A DNA stretch of 64,000 nucleotides from Vicinamibacteria bacterium (GCA_964291235.2 OZ219815.1:1280353-1344352); one strand, 5' to 3'. Shown: positions 9,659 to 19,197, counted from the first letter of the stretch. Notes: generated by a model from the letters alone, not told the origin. Numbers and translations are program-made.

Positions 9659-11152
9659 CTACTCCCTCCAGGGATAGGTCGGGCGCCGCCGGTGCCAGTC
9701 CGTTTCCCGCTGGAACGCCATCCCGAAGTCCAGCGCCGCCTGGTCGTCCATCGGCGAGCCCACGATCTGGAGCGACAGCGGCAGTCCGTCTTCGTCAAAA
9801 CCGCAGGGAACGGCGAGGCCGGGGTGGCCAACCAGGTTGGCGATGTAGTTGAGCCGGGGCGTTCGCCCGCTCACCTCGTCCGGTGGTTCCCACTCGTTGC
9901 GCGCCGGGATCGGCCAGCCGTCCCGGACCACCCGGAGCGCCGCTCCGTTCGGCCAGGTCGGGGCGATCACCGCGTCGTAGCGGGAGACGATCTCGTCGGC
10001 CTCCCGCACGAGTTGGTTGCGGATCCGCTGGGCGGTCAGGTAGTCGGCGGCGGGCAGCATCCGGCCGGCCATCCAGCCGGCGCGCCGGTCCTCGTTGAAC
10101 GAGAACATCTGCGCGGCCCGCCCGTCATCGAAGAGCGACTTGAAGTTCGTACCGCTCTCCACGGTCACGATGGTGGTGAAGAGAGCGCCGGTGGGAAAGC
10201 GCGGCAGTTCGATGTCTTCGATCTCCACTCCCATGGCGGCGAACACGTCGAGGGCTTCCTGGAACACCCGCCGGGTGGTCTCCGACTGGGAGAGCAGGAA
10301 CTCGGCGCGGTGTACCCCGAGCCGCCGTCCCCGCATCGCGCCCGGATCGGCGCGAAAGACGAAGGGACGGTCCGCTGTCGAGGTGTCCCGCGGGTCCCGG
10401 CCGGCGATCACCTGGAGGATGTGCCCGCAGTCCTCCGCGGACCGGCCCACGGGACCGATCTTGTCGAGGCTCCAGGAAAGCGCCATGCAACCGAACCGGC
10501 TCACCCGCCCGAACGTGGGGCGGAGCCCCGAGGCCCCGACCGCGGACGCGGGGAAGACGATGGAACCCCCGGTCTCGGTGCCGATCCCGAACCCGATGAG
10601 TCCGGCGACCGCTGCCGAAACCGTCCCGCTGGACGAACCGAAACTGGTGCGGTCGAGTTTCCAGGGGTTGAGTGCCGAGCTGGTGTTGCCGCCGGCGAAT
10701 TCCCCGAGCGAGTTCTTGGCCATCAGCACCGCGCCGGCTTCCTCGAGCCGGTCGACGACTGCCGCGTTCCCATCCGGCACGCGGTCCCGGAAGATGCCCG
10801 AACCCCAGGTGGTGCGGATGCCCCGCGAATCGAGGAGATCTTTCACCCCGTAGGGAATGCCGTGGAGGATGCTGCGCGGGGTTCCTTCGGTCAGCTCCCG
10901 GTCGGCCTGCTGGGCCGCTTCGAGGGCGTGGTCGCGCGCGATGGTGACCATGGTGGCCAGCTTGCCCTGGTGGTCCTCGCGCGGCTCGCTCGGGAGCTCA
11001 AAGGGGGGAACGTCCAATTCCTCCGCGCGCTCGAGGTACGCCTCGGTCAGTTCGACGGAGGTGAAGGAACCGTCCCGGAGGCCGGCTGCCAGTTCGGAAA
11101 CCGTTTGGAAGAAGGTCGATTCGTCGACTGCCATCGCGAAACGGACGGTCAA
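9659..11152 (-). CDS. Amidase-signature family protein (GatA-like); start could be ATG 11134
   Basis: GIPYGVKD, GSSSG and GTETGGSI give the Lys-Ser-Ser triad. Confidence 0.9.
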   Translation of the reverse strand: MTVRFAMAVDESTFFQTVSELAAGLRDGSFTSVELTEAYLERAEELDVPPFELPSEPREDHQGKLATMVTIARDHALEAAQQADRELTEGTPRSILHGIPYGVKDLLDSRGIRTTWGSGIFRDRVPDGNAAVVDRLEEAGAVLMAKNSLGEFAGGNTSSALNPWKLDRTSFGSSSGTVSAAVAGLIGFGIGTETGGSIVFPASAVGASGLRPTFGRVSRFGCMALSWSLDKIGPVGRSAEDCGHILQVIAGRDPRDTSTADRPFVFRADPGAMRGRRLGVHRAEFLLSQSETTRRVFQEALDVFAAMGVEIEDIELPRFPTGALFTTIVTVESGTNFKSLFDDGRAAQMFSFNEDRRAGWMAGRMLPAADYLTAQRIRNQLVREADEIVSRYDAVIAPTWPNGAALRVVRDGWPIPARNEWEPPDEVSGRTPRLNYIANLVGHPGLAVPCGFDEDGLPLSLQIVGSPMDDQAALDFGMAFQRETDWHRRRPTYPWRE

Positions 11153-11427
11153 CCCCGGCGGAAGACCGTAAGCGGCGGTTCGTCGGGATCGAGGGGGAAT
11201 TCCCGAAGGGTCCCCTGCACCCGGATCATGTTCTGGACGGCCCGGCGGAGCCGCTCGAGTTCGGCGGGGTCGTCGTAGATCCCGCGGGGCCCCTGGTGAT
11301 CGAGCAGGGTTCCCACTGTCTCGGCGGAAACCTCACCGTTGTCCTCTACCTCGGCGCACGCCTGCTGCCAGAGCCCGGCGGCCGCGCTTCCGGCGGCGAG
11401 AGCGGTGAACTCCCGGCGGCGCATCAT
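11149..11427 (-). CDS. Small twin-arginine-signal protein, GatC-like partner of the amidase
   Basis: MMRRREFTALAAG signal. The C-terminus LREFPLDPDEPPLTVF resembles GatC/AtzG-like tails. Stop overlaps the amidase start. Confidence 0.6.
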   Translation of the reverse strand: MMRRREFTALAAGSAAAGLWQQACAEVEDNGEVSAETVGTLLDHQGPRGIYDDPAELERLRRAVQNMIRVQGTLREFPLDPDEPPLTVFRRG

Positions 11428-11441
11428 GGCTACCCCGATTG

Positions 11442-12809
11442 CTACAGGCTGTTCATCGCCTCCGCGATGTTGTCGAGCGCCAGCTTGATCAACTGCCGGG
11501 ACGTTCCGAGGTTCATGCGAACCCAACCCTCGCCGCCCGGACCGTAGTTCGACCCCGGGTTCGTGTACACGCCGGCGTTTTCGACCAGCCAGCGGACGAC
11601 GATGTCTTCTGCCGTCACCGGCTCCTCCTCGGTTTCGCTGGCCGCCGCGGCTTTTTCCGCCGCGCCGATCTGCTCGGCGATCTGCGACACATCCAGCCAG
11701 GCGAGGTAGGTGCCCTGCGCCTTGGAGTACTTGATCTGCGAGACGTTGTCGCGGAGATACTGCTCAACGTAGTCGTGATTGCCGTCGAGGTAGGCAAGCA
11801 ACTGGTCCAGCCAGTCCGCGCCGCCCCGGAGCGCGGCATGGTGCGCCACCACGCCCAGCGTGTTGGTCTGCGCCATGTGCTGATCCTGGACCTTCTGGAA
11901 GTACTCCGGATTGGGGGAGTGGAACCAGGCAACCTTCATCGCCGCCAGGCTGAACGTCTTGCTCCCCGATTGGAAGGTGACGCTGTTGTTGACGACGTCC
12001 TTGTCGGGGAGGCTGGCGAACGCGGTGTATTTCTGCCCCTTGGTAACGAAGTCGCAGTGGATCTCGTCCGCCAGCACGACCACGCGGCGCTCGAGACACA
12101 GTTGGCCGAGCCGCATGAGGTCTTCCGGCGACCAGCAGTTCCCGGTCGGGTTCTGCGGGTTGCAGAGGATCAGGGCGTCGGTGTCCTGGGAGATCCGGGA
12201 CTCGAGGTCATCGAAGTCCAACCGGTGGACCCCGTTATCGATGATGAGCGGGCTCTCTTCGGCCAGCGTGTGGGATTCCCGCAGATCGGTGTAGAAGCCG
12301 CTATACGTGGACGTTGTCAGCAGTACCTTGCTGCCCGGTCTCGCGAACGCCTTGAGCGCCGCGATCAGTGCCGGATGGACTCCGTCTGAAAGCGCCATCA
12401 GGTCGGGATTGATCTCCAGTCCGTGGCGGTTCTTGTTCCAGTCCACGATCGCCGGGAAGAAGTCCTCCGGCATCTTGAGGTAACCCCAGTTCTCGTGCCG
12501 GACGCGCTCTGCCAGAGCTTCGGTAATGACGGGCGCGCACTTGAAGTCCATGTCGGCGACGCCCATCGCCACCTGGATGTTCTCCGCGCCGTGCCGTTCC
12601 ATGATGGAGTCCCACTTGGCGCAATCGGTTCCGACCCGATCGTACGGCGTGTCGAAATCGAATCCACCGGACCCGTCCTGCAGCGGTGAAGCCGCCGCCG
12701 CCGCCACCGGGTTCAAGAGCGACGTGCCCGAAGTCGCCGCGCCGGCGAGCGCCGCCGTGCCGGCGCTCTTCAGAAACGTCCTGCGGTTCAACCAAAATCC
12801 TTCCGACAT
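11442..12809 (-). CDS. MalY/PatB family PLP-dependent C-S lyase or aminotransferase with Tat signal
   Basis: MGVADMDF, LCNPQNPTG, DEIHCD, SGSKTFSLA, GTYLAWLD. N-terminus NRRTFLK. Confidence 0.9.
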   Translation of the reverse strand: MSEGFWLNRRTFLKSAGTAALAGAATSGTSLLNPVAAAAASPLQDGSGGFDFDTPYDRVGTDCAKWDSIMERHGAENIQVAMGVADMDFKCAPVITEALAERVRHENWGYLKMPEDFFPAIVDWNKNRHGLEINPDLMALSDGVHPALIAALKAFARPGSKVLLTTSTYSGFYTDLRESHTLAEESPLIIDNGVHRLDFDDLESRISQDTDALILCNPQNPTGNCWSPEDLMRLGQLCLERRVVVLADEIHCDFVTKGQKYTAFASLPDKDVVNNSVTFQSGSKTFSLAAMKVAWFHSPNPEYFQKVQDQHMAQTNTLGVVAHHAALRGGADWLDQLLAYLDGNHDYVEQYLRDNVSQIKYSKAQGTYLAWLDVSQIAEQIGAAEKAAAASETEEEPVTAEDIVVRWLVENAGVYTNPGSNYGPGGEGWVRMNLGTSRQLIKLALDNIAEAMNSL

Positions 12810-12955
12810 GCATCCACTCCTGGTGAGTCGCTGCGCCCCCATAACCGAGCGCAGTACGAACGGGCGACTATATGCGGTTTCCCGACCGGCTCCGAGTACG
12901 GACCCCTGCGGTGCGTCCGGCGGATCGCCTGCCGACCCGTAGACTTGGACCTCAG

Positions 12956-15640
12956 GTGCGCGTTCGTCTCCCCTTCTTCCTCTCGGGCCTGGTGGGGCTG
13001 CTGGCCACCGCCTCGTCCTTCGCCCAGCCACCCTCGCCGGAGGACGTTCTCGGTTACCCGATGGGTGGTTCCCTTACCGACTACGGGGGGTTGTACCGGT
13101 ACCTCGACGCCATTGAGGAATCCCCGCGACTCCGCGTCGCGGCTTTCGGCGAGACCTTCGAACATCGCGAACTGATCCTCTTGACCATCAGTGCGCCAGG
13201 AAATCTCGCCCGGCTGGAGGAGATCCAGCGCGACACGCGGCGCCTCGCCGATCCGCGCGGGCTGACCGACGAAGAAGCCGAAGCGATGATTGCGAGTACC
13301 CCCGCCGGGGTCTTCCTCAACTACGGAAACGACGGCAACGAGTCCGCTGCCTTCGAGGCGGCGCTGTGGATGGCGTGGGAATTGCTGTCCGGCCGTCACG
13401 ACGAGCTCCTCGAGGACCTCGTCGTGTACATCGTCCCCGCCTCGAACCCCGACAGCCATGAACGCTTCGCGGCGTGGTTCAAGACTACGCACCGGTGGCC
13501 GGATGGCGATCCCGACCCGAACGCCGTCGAACACCGTGCGCCCTGGGGCCTATCGACGAACAACAACCACTACCAGATCAACCTGAACCGGGATTCCGTC
13601 TGGAGCACCCAGCCCGAGAACCGAGCGCTCGTCCGGCTCTACCTCGATACCCGGCCGATGGTCTTCGTGGACCACCACGGCGAGACCGACTCGTTTATCG
13701 GCCCTTGGATGGCCGAGCCGCTCCACACCGTGCTCACCGAGAACCAGCGCGACTGGCTCGTGGAATACGGCCGGGCGATGGCGAGCGACTTCGCGGAGGA
13801 GGGATTCCCCTACTCGCCATGGGAATTCGGCCAGTTCGATCCGGGCTACTGGGACACTCTGCCCAATTTCACCGGTTCCATCGGCTTCACCCTCGAGACC
13901 ACCGGGGGCGGCTGGCGCGGGCTCCGTCTGGCCCGGGCCGGCGGGGGCGAATACACCCTCCGGGACGGAATCGAGCAGCACCTCATCGCCGACCGCAGCC
14001 TGCTCGCGCTCACCGCCGAGAACCGGGAACGGCGGCTCCGCGACTACCTGGCCTACCGGCGCGAGGCGCTGGACTTCGACGTCCGTCCCGGTGGTTGGTT
14101 ACTGTCGGGTGCGTCCGACCCCGCGCGTCTCGATGCGGTGCGCGGCGTGCTTCTCCGGGGCGGCATTGAGGTATGGCGGACTGCGTCCGAGGTCACCGTG
14201 GGCGGCGCCCATCCCATGTTCCCCGGCACGGGTCCGACGTCGGACGTCACGTTGCCGGCGGGCAGCCTGTTGGTCCCCTGGGCCCAGCCCGAAAGCCGAC
14301 TGCTTCAGGTGCTCCTGGAGCAGGCTGCCCGGTTCAGTGAGGAGTTTCTCGACTACGTGGACGAGCACCGCGAACGTCGCGGCGATCCCTCGTTCGGGCA
14401 CGCGGACATCTGGACGAGCGCCGACGCGTTCTACGACATAACCGCCTGGTCGGCGCCGCTGACCTACCGGGTGGCGGCGTGGACGGTCGATTCGGGGGAC
14501 CTGCCGTCTCTCGGTGGTGCCGAGGCGATGTCCCTCGAAGATGCGCTGGCCGATCCGTCCCCCACGGCGGGCGAGTTTCGAAATCCCGGTGCCGGCTACG
14601 CCTTCGTCGTTGCCGGGGACTCCGATCATGCGGTCCGCGCCGGGACGTGGCTACGGGAAGCCGGGGTCCCGTTCCGGGTGGCGACCGCCGACTTCGAGGT
14701 CGCGGGAGAGAGTTTCGGCCGCGGCGCCCTGCTCGTTTTCGCCGCGGAAGCACCCGACCAGCCGGCGCTCCGCACCGCCCTCCTGGACCTGGCGGAAACC
14801 GGCGCCCGGATCCTCGGGGTCAGCGGCCCGTTGACGACCTCGGGCCCCCACCTGGGATCGGACCAGTTCGTGCCGGTGGTTCCGGGTCGCGTCGCCATGG
14901 TGATGGGTGGTCCGGTGCGGCCGTCCGCCTACGGCAGCCCGTGGTATCTCTTCGAGCGCCGCTTCGGACTCGAGTTCACCGCGCTGTCCTGGGATCGGCT
15001 CGCCGCCACCGATCTCCGCGGCTATCGGGTTCTGATCCTCGCGGATGGCAACTATCCGGATCCGGGAAGGGATCCCCGGGCCAGGCAGGTGCTCGACCAC
15101 CTGGAGGAGTGGACATCTCGGGGTGGCGTCGTCATTGCCATGCGCGGCGCCTCGGCTTGGCTGGCGGGGGAGGAGGTTTCCTGGGTCCGGACCCGGCTGA
15201 AGCCAGGCTTCGCCTCGAAATCCGCGTTCATGACCGACGGCGGGCGCCCTGACGACCCCGAACCGGACGCGCTGGATGTCGCACAACCCGCCGAGGTCGT
15301 CCCCGGGGCGATCCTCCGCGCCCTCCCCAACCCGGAGAATTTCCTCAGCTTCGGTTACGAGGAGCCGTTCCCGGTGATGGTCTGGTCGAGCCTCGCGTTC
15401 GAGCCGGACCCGGCGGTCGCGGTGGCCGCCCGGTTCCCCGACGATCCGGACGAACTCCTCGGCAGCGGTTTCGCCTTCCCCGATTCCCTCGCCCGCCTCG
15501 CCGGAACGCCCTACCTGGTCACCGAGCGCGTCGGCTCCGGCCGCGTCGTGCTTTTCCTCGACGATCCCAACTTCCGGCTCTTCTGGGACGGCCTCACCCG
15601 GCTCTTCATGAACGCCGTCCTCTTCGGCCCGAGCTTCTGA
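12956..15640 (+). CDS. Secreted M14 family zinc carboxypeptidase with C-terminal glutamine-amidotransferase-like domain
   Basis: GETFEHREL, NPDSHERF, NHYQINLNRD, FVDHHG, C-terminal GSGRVVLFLDDPNFR. Start GTG 12956 is inferred. Confidence 0.85.
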   Translation: MRVRLPFFLSGLVGLLATASSFAQPPSPEDVLGYPMGGSLTDYGGLYRYLDAIEESPRLRVAAFGETFEHRELILLTISAPGNLARLEEIQRDTRRLADPRGLTDEEAEAMIASTPAGVFLNYGNDGNESAAFEAALWMAWELLSGRHDELLEDLVVYIVPASNPDSHERFAAWFKTTHRWPDGDPDPNAVEHRAPWGLSTNNNHYQINLNRDSVWSTQPENRALVRLYLDTRPMVFVDHHGETDSFIGPWMAEPLHTVLTENQRDWLVEYGRAMASDFAEEGFPYSPWEFGQFDPGYWDTLPNFTGSIGFTLETTGGGWRGLRLARAGGGEYTLRDGIEQHLIADRSLLALTAENRERRLRDYLAYRREALDFDVRPGGWLLSGASDPARLDAVRGVLLRGGIEVWRTASEVTVGGAHPMFPGTGPTSDVTLPAGSLLVPWAQPESRLLQVLLEQAARFSEEFLDYVDEHRERRGDPSFGHADIWTSADAFYDITAWSAPLTYRVAAWTVDSGDLPSLGGAEAMSLEDALADPSPTAGEFRNPGAGYAFVVAGDSDHAVRAGTWLREAGVPFRVATADFEVAGESFGRGALLVFAAEAPDQPALRTALLDLAETGARILGVSGPLTTSGPHLGSDQFVPVVPGRVAMVMGGPVRPSAYGSPWYLFERRFGLEFTALSWDRLAATDLRGYRVLILADGNYPDPGRDPRARQVLDHLEEWTSRGGVVIAMRGASAWLAGEEVSWVRTRLKPGFASKSAFMTDGGRPDDPEPDALDVAQPAEVVPGAILRALPNPENFLSFGYEEPFPVMVWSSLAFEPDPAVAVAARFPDDPDELLGSGFAFPDSLARLAGTPYLVTERVGSGRVVLFLDDPNFRLFWDGLTRLFMNAVLFGPSF

Positions 15641-15784
15641 TCAGATCCCCTCGACCGGAATCGTGATTCCGGGGGCGGCGGCCAGCCGCCGGGCGGGCAT
15701 GGAGATCCCCTCCATGGCGGTGCGCGCCCTGAGGCGTCGCTTCATGGACTCCGGGAGGTTCCGAACCGGGATCGTGGCGACCAT
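15641..15784 (-). pseudogene. Collapsed type II toxin-antitoxin remnant: FitA-like RHH antitoxin N-terminus joined to a VapC-like C-terminal tail
   Basis: Translation MVATIPVRNLPESMKRRLRARTAMEGISM-PA-RRLAAAPGITIPVEGI*. Confidence 0.55.
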
Positions 15785-15918
15785 GAACGCAGAACGATCT
15801 CGTCCACTTGGCTTGTTGAGTGACGTGCAAATGCATGTGAGGCTCCGGCTCCAGGGATGACAAGAAATGGCGTGCCCCGCGCTTAGCGTTCCCGCCTCGA
15901 ACAAGGAGAAGAGAGAGA

Positions 15919-18777
15919 TTGAAGAAGTACGACCGTTTCCTGACACGCGACTACCTGATGGCCGCGCTCCACCGCGCCCTCCGGGACAAGAAGCTCGGAT
16001 CGAAGCTCCTGAGCTGGATCGGGTCGAGCGACGACGAACTCGAGACGATGGATGCCGGATTCCTGACGGTGAAATTCCGGGAGTTGGGTCTCGACGACGG
16101 AGATGAAGGCGAACCCGGCTTCGGCTTCGGAGGCCGCCGGAGGCGCCCCGGTCGCCGGCGCCGAACCGGCGACAGCCCGGCGCCTGCGAGCGCACGGGCA
16201 AAGGAGTTCCTGGCCTGGGCGGTCGACGCCGTTGAGCAGTCCGTTGCCGAGCCGCCTGCCGAAGGGGCCGAGGCGCGCGCAACGGCGCTGGCGGTGCGCC
16301 GCTTCCAGCTCGACGGAGCGTGCGGTCGGCTGTTGGAACTCGCGCGCCTCTACGACGACCGCAAATCGCCCGCGGAGGAGCTCTGGGACACCGTGAAGGA
16401 CGCCCTCGGCGATCCTCTGGAGGCGAGCGCGGTGCTGCTCGGCACTGCGCGATCACGCGTCGAACGATCGTTGCGCAAACTGACCGAAGTCGGGATCGCC
16501 GATGCGGACAACTGGAGCAGGAACGGAGCCGAACCCGCCAGCTACGTGGAGGGCTGGTTCGATTGCGTCTATCGCCCTCCGGTCGCCGACGAAGGGGAAC
16601 TCCGCGAGCGCCTGGTCCCCCTGGCCCCGGAGCCGCTCCTGGAGATTGAAGCCTTCGATCACCTCGACGCCCGGGAGGACGCGATTCGCCTGCTCGCGGC
16701 CGCGACCCGGTCGGGAGAGAGCGTCCGCCTGCTCTTCTATGGCAGGGCCGGAACGGGCAAGACCGAAGCTGCGAAGACGCTTGTCCGCGCTGCTGGGGGC
16801 CGCCTCTACGACCTTTGCGAACCCGAATCCGGCGGTATCTGGGGGGAGGAGCGCACGGACCGCCGGATGGACCGCTCGGCGGACAAGCGGAACCGCCTGC
16901 GGATGGCGTTGGCGCTGCTCAGGAGCGAGCCCGGGGCGGCCGTCCTCTGTGACGAGGTGGAAGACGTGTTGTCGTCCAGCGACGGCAGCCGTCGGGAAAA
17001 CCACAGTCTTCTGGAGGGTGCCGCGGTTCCCATCGTGTTTACCGGCAACGATCTCTCCCGGTTCGACGAGGCGGTGCTGCGGCGTTTCGACTTGGCCATT
17101 CACTTCAAGGCCCACAGCCCGACCCGCCGCCGCTCGGTGGTGCGCCGGATGCTGGACAATTCGGGCCTCGAGACCGTCGAGGCGGAAGCGGTGGAATCTC
17201 TTGCGATGCGGCTTGCCGACGAACTGGAGTGTCCTCCGGGGATCATCGAACGAGCGATCCGCTCGGCCCGTCTGATTCAGGGCTCTCCGGACGACGTCTT
17301 CCGGTTCGCCGAGCGTCACGAGCGAACCATCTCGACGCACATTCCGCGCCCACGCCTCGGGGCGCCGGTAACGGCGGAACTGCCTTGGGAAGCGTTCGGT
17401 CACCTCGACGAGCGCGCCGAGGACTTCCGGCAGTTCTTCAGGGCGGCGCTGTGCGCACGCCGGGACGGACGCGCCGAAAGCAGGGGCATTACGTTCCTGG
17501 CCTACGGCCCCCCCGGCTGCGGCAAGACGGAGTTCTGCCGGACGGCGGCCGCCGAAGCCGGGGCAACCCTCTATTCCGTGGGAAATCAGGAACTCGGGCC
17601 CGAGTCGCGCCGCCCGGTGTCCCGCCGTACGAGTCTGGAGTACGCGATCGAAGCACTCACGGACGAACCAAACGCGGTGATCCTCTTCGACGAGTTGGAG
17701 GACTTCGTCTTCTCCAGCGACAGCCCGCCCAAACACTGGATGAACAACCTGGCGGAGGAGTCGCCGGTGCCCATCCTGTTCACGGCCAACTCGATCCGGG
17801 CTTTGCGCGAGCATCTGCCGTACCTTCTGGACCGGATGACGTACTCGCTGGAGTTCCGCGATCTTCCACGGGGCAATCGAGCCGCTATTTTCCGTACTCT
17901 GCTGCGCGCGAACGAGTCAGCCGACATGGCGTCTCTGGCCGAGGAGCTGGCGGCTGACCCCCGCGTCACTCCGCGCCAGGTCCGGGACGCCGGTCTGGTG
18001 GCCGTTTTGTCGGGGAGAGGCCCCGACGCTGCCAGGCGAGCCCAGCGGGAGAAGGCTCAGCTTCTCCGGGGAAAGGGCATGGCCGAAGCGAAGGCGGCGG
18101 AGAAGTACGACTTCTCTCTGGTCCACGCCGACCCGGATCTCGCCGCGTTGACAGACCGGATCGTGAGGATCGGTCGCCGCCGGATGGGGATCCTTCTCGA
18201 CGGCCCGTCCGGGAGCGGGAAATCCGAGTACGCGAAGCAACTCGCGAAGCGGATGGACCTCGATCTCCTGACGAAGCGCGCGTCGGACTTGATGAGCAAG
18301 TGGGTCGGGGAGACCGAGCAGCAGATCGCCGGCGCCTTCGCCGAGGCCCGAGCGACGGACAGCTTCCTGATCATCGACGAGGCGGACTCGTTCCTCACCG
18401 ACCGCCGTGACGCGCAGCGGAGTTGGGAGACCTCCATGGTGAACGAGATGCTGAGCCACCTCGAAAACCACGACCTTCCCTACGCCTTCTCAACCAATTT
18501 CGCGGACCGGTTGGACCCGGCGGTCGCCCGGCGTTTCCTCTTCCGGGCGACCTTCAAGTTCCTGGACGAGCCTCGCGTTGTCCGCGCCTGGGAGTTCTTC
18601 TTCGGGGGTGAATGTCCGGAGCAAGTGCGAAACCTCACTCGTCTCGTGCCCGCGGACTTCGCCCTCGTTTGTGAGCGCGCCGAGAAGCTCGGCTTCCTCA
18701 ACAATCCCGATCAGATCGCCTCGGAACTTGTCTCCCAGTCCCGCGACCAGAACCGCACCCGTGCGGTCGGCTTCTGA
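15919..18777 (+). CDS. AAA+ ATPase with three AAA modules
   Basis: Walker A/B pairs GRAGTGKT/VLCDE, GPPGCGKT/ILFDE and GPSGSGKS/LIIDE. SRH-like AVLRRF and AVARRF. C-terminal AVGF. AAGGAG before a TTG start. Confidence 0.9.
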   Translation: MKKYDRFLTRDYLMAALHRALRDKKLGSKLLSWIGSSDDELETMDAGFLTVKFRELGLDDGDEGEPGFGFGGRRRRPGRRRRTGDSPAPASARAKEFLAWAVDAVEQSVAEPPAEGAEARATALAVRRFQLDGACGRLLELARLYDDRKSPAEELWDTVKDALGDPLEASAVLLGTARSRVERSLRKLTEVGIADADNWSRNGAEPASYVEGWFDCVYRPPVADEGELRERLVPLAPEPLLEIEAFDHLDAREDAIRLLAAATRSGESVRLLFYGRAGTGKTEAAKTLVRAAGGRLYDLCEPESGGIWGEERTDRRMDRSADKRNRLRMALALLRSEPGAAVLCDEVEDVLSSSDGSRRENHSLLEGAAVPIVFTGNDLSRFDEAVLRRFDLAIHFKAHSPTRRRSVVRRMLDNSGLETVEAEAVESLAMRLADELECPPGIIERAIRSARLIQGSPDDVFRFAERHERTISTHIPRPRLGAPVTAELPWEAFGHLDERAEDFRQFFRAALCARRDGRAESRGITFLAYGPPGCGKTEFCRTAAAEAGATLYSVGNQELGPESRRPVSRRTSLEYAIEALTDEPNAVILFDELEDFVFSSDSPPKHWMNNLAEESPVPILFTANSIRALREHLPYLLDRMTYSLEFRDLPRGNRAAIFRTLLRANESADMASLAEELAADPRVTPRQVRDAGLVAVLSGRGPDAARRAQREKAQLLRGKGMAEAKAAEKYDFSLVHADPDLAALTDRIVRIGRRRMGILLDGPSGSGKSEYAKQLAKRMDLDLLTKRASDLMSKWVGETEQQIAGAFAEARATDSFLIIDEADSFLTDRRDAQRSWETSMVNEMLSHLENHDLPYAFSTNFADRLDPAVARRFLFRATFKFLDEPRVVRAWEFFFGGECPEQVRNLTRLVPADFALVCERAEKLGFLNNPDQIASELVSQSRDQNRTRAVGF

Positions 18778-18834
18778 CGGAGAGAAGGACGCCGGCCGGC
18801 GCACAGGCCCGGGAGCCCCCACCGGGAGAACCGG

Positions 18835-18852
18835 GCCGGCCTCCAGGCCGGC
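18835..18852 (+). repeat. REP-like hairpin
   Basis: GCCGGCCTCCAGGCCGGC preceded by GGGAGAAC, as in the copies at 37584 and 37749. Confidence 0.6.
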
Positions 18853-18905
18853 GCAGCCCCGCAAAGCGCGGCGAACCCACGCCCTCAGCCAGAACTTGGT
18901 CTAAC

Positions 18906-18977
18906 TTGACCATGGCTCTCGGTGTTTGACCGCGGCTCGCGGGTTTGACCATGGCTCCCAGGCTTTGACCATGGCTC
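18906..18977 (+). repeat. Tandem array 1: four 19-20 bp units, core TTGACCATGGCTC
   Basis: Units start at 18906, 18926, 18945 and 18965. Confidence 0.9.
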
Positions 18978-19197
18978 GCGGGCGCCTCCCGGGTCTGGGA
19001 CCGCGGTCTCTCCGAATTGCCGATCTTCCAATCGAAATCCGGAAGAAGACCGCCGGAATGGCCGAATCCATGCCGCAAGAGGCCGGTTTTGGGCCGGAAA
19101 CAACCGATCCCGCCGAGAAACCCGCGAAATCCCGATTTCGGGGTGGAAACGCCCAAATGCGGCAATTGACCACGCCTTCACGGTCCATATCGACGAA

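Noticed and set aside
8278-11278. Long plus-strand ORFs of 524 and 617 aa, and similar antisense ORFs such as 24218-26020, 35464-37065 and 46121-47593
   Set aside because: They are shadow frames opposite well-supported genes, expected at high GC, and have no recognisable motifs.
9659-11427. gatCA of the tRNA amidotransferase
   Set aside because: No gatB, the small protein has a Tat-like signal, and the operon context is catabolic.
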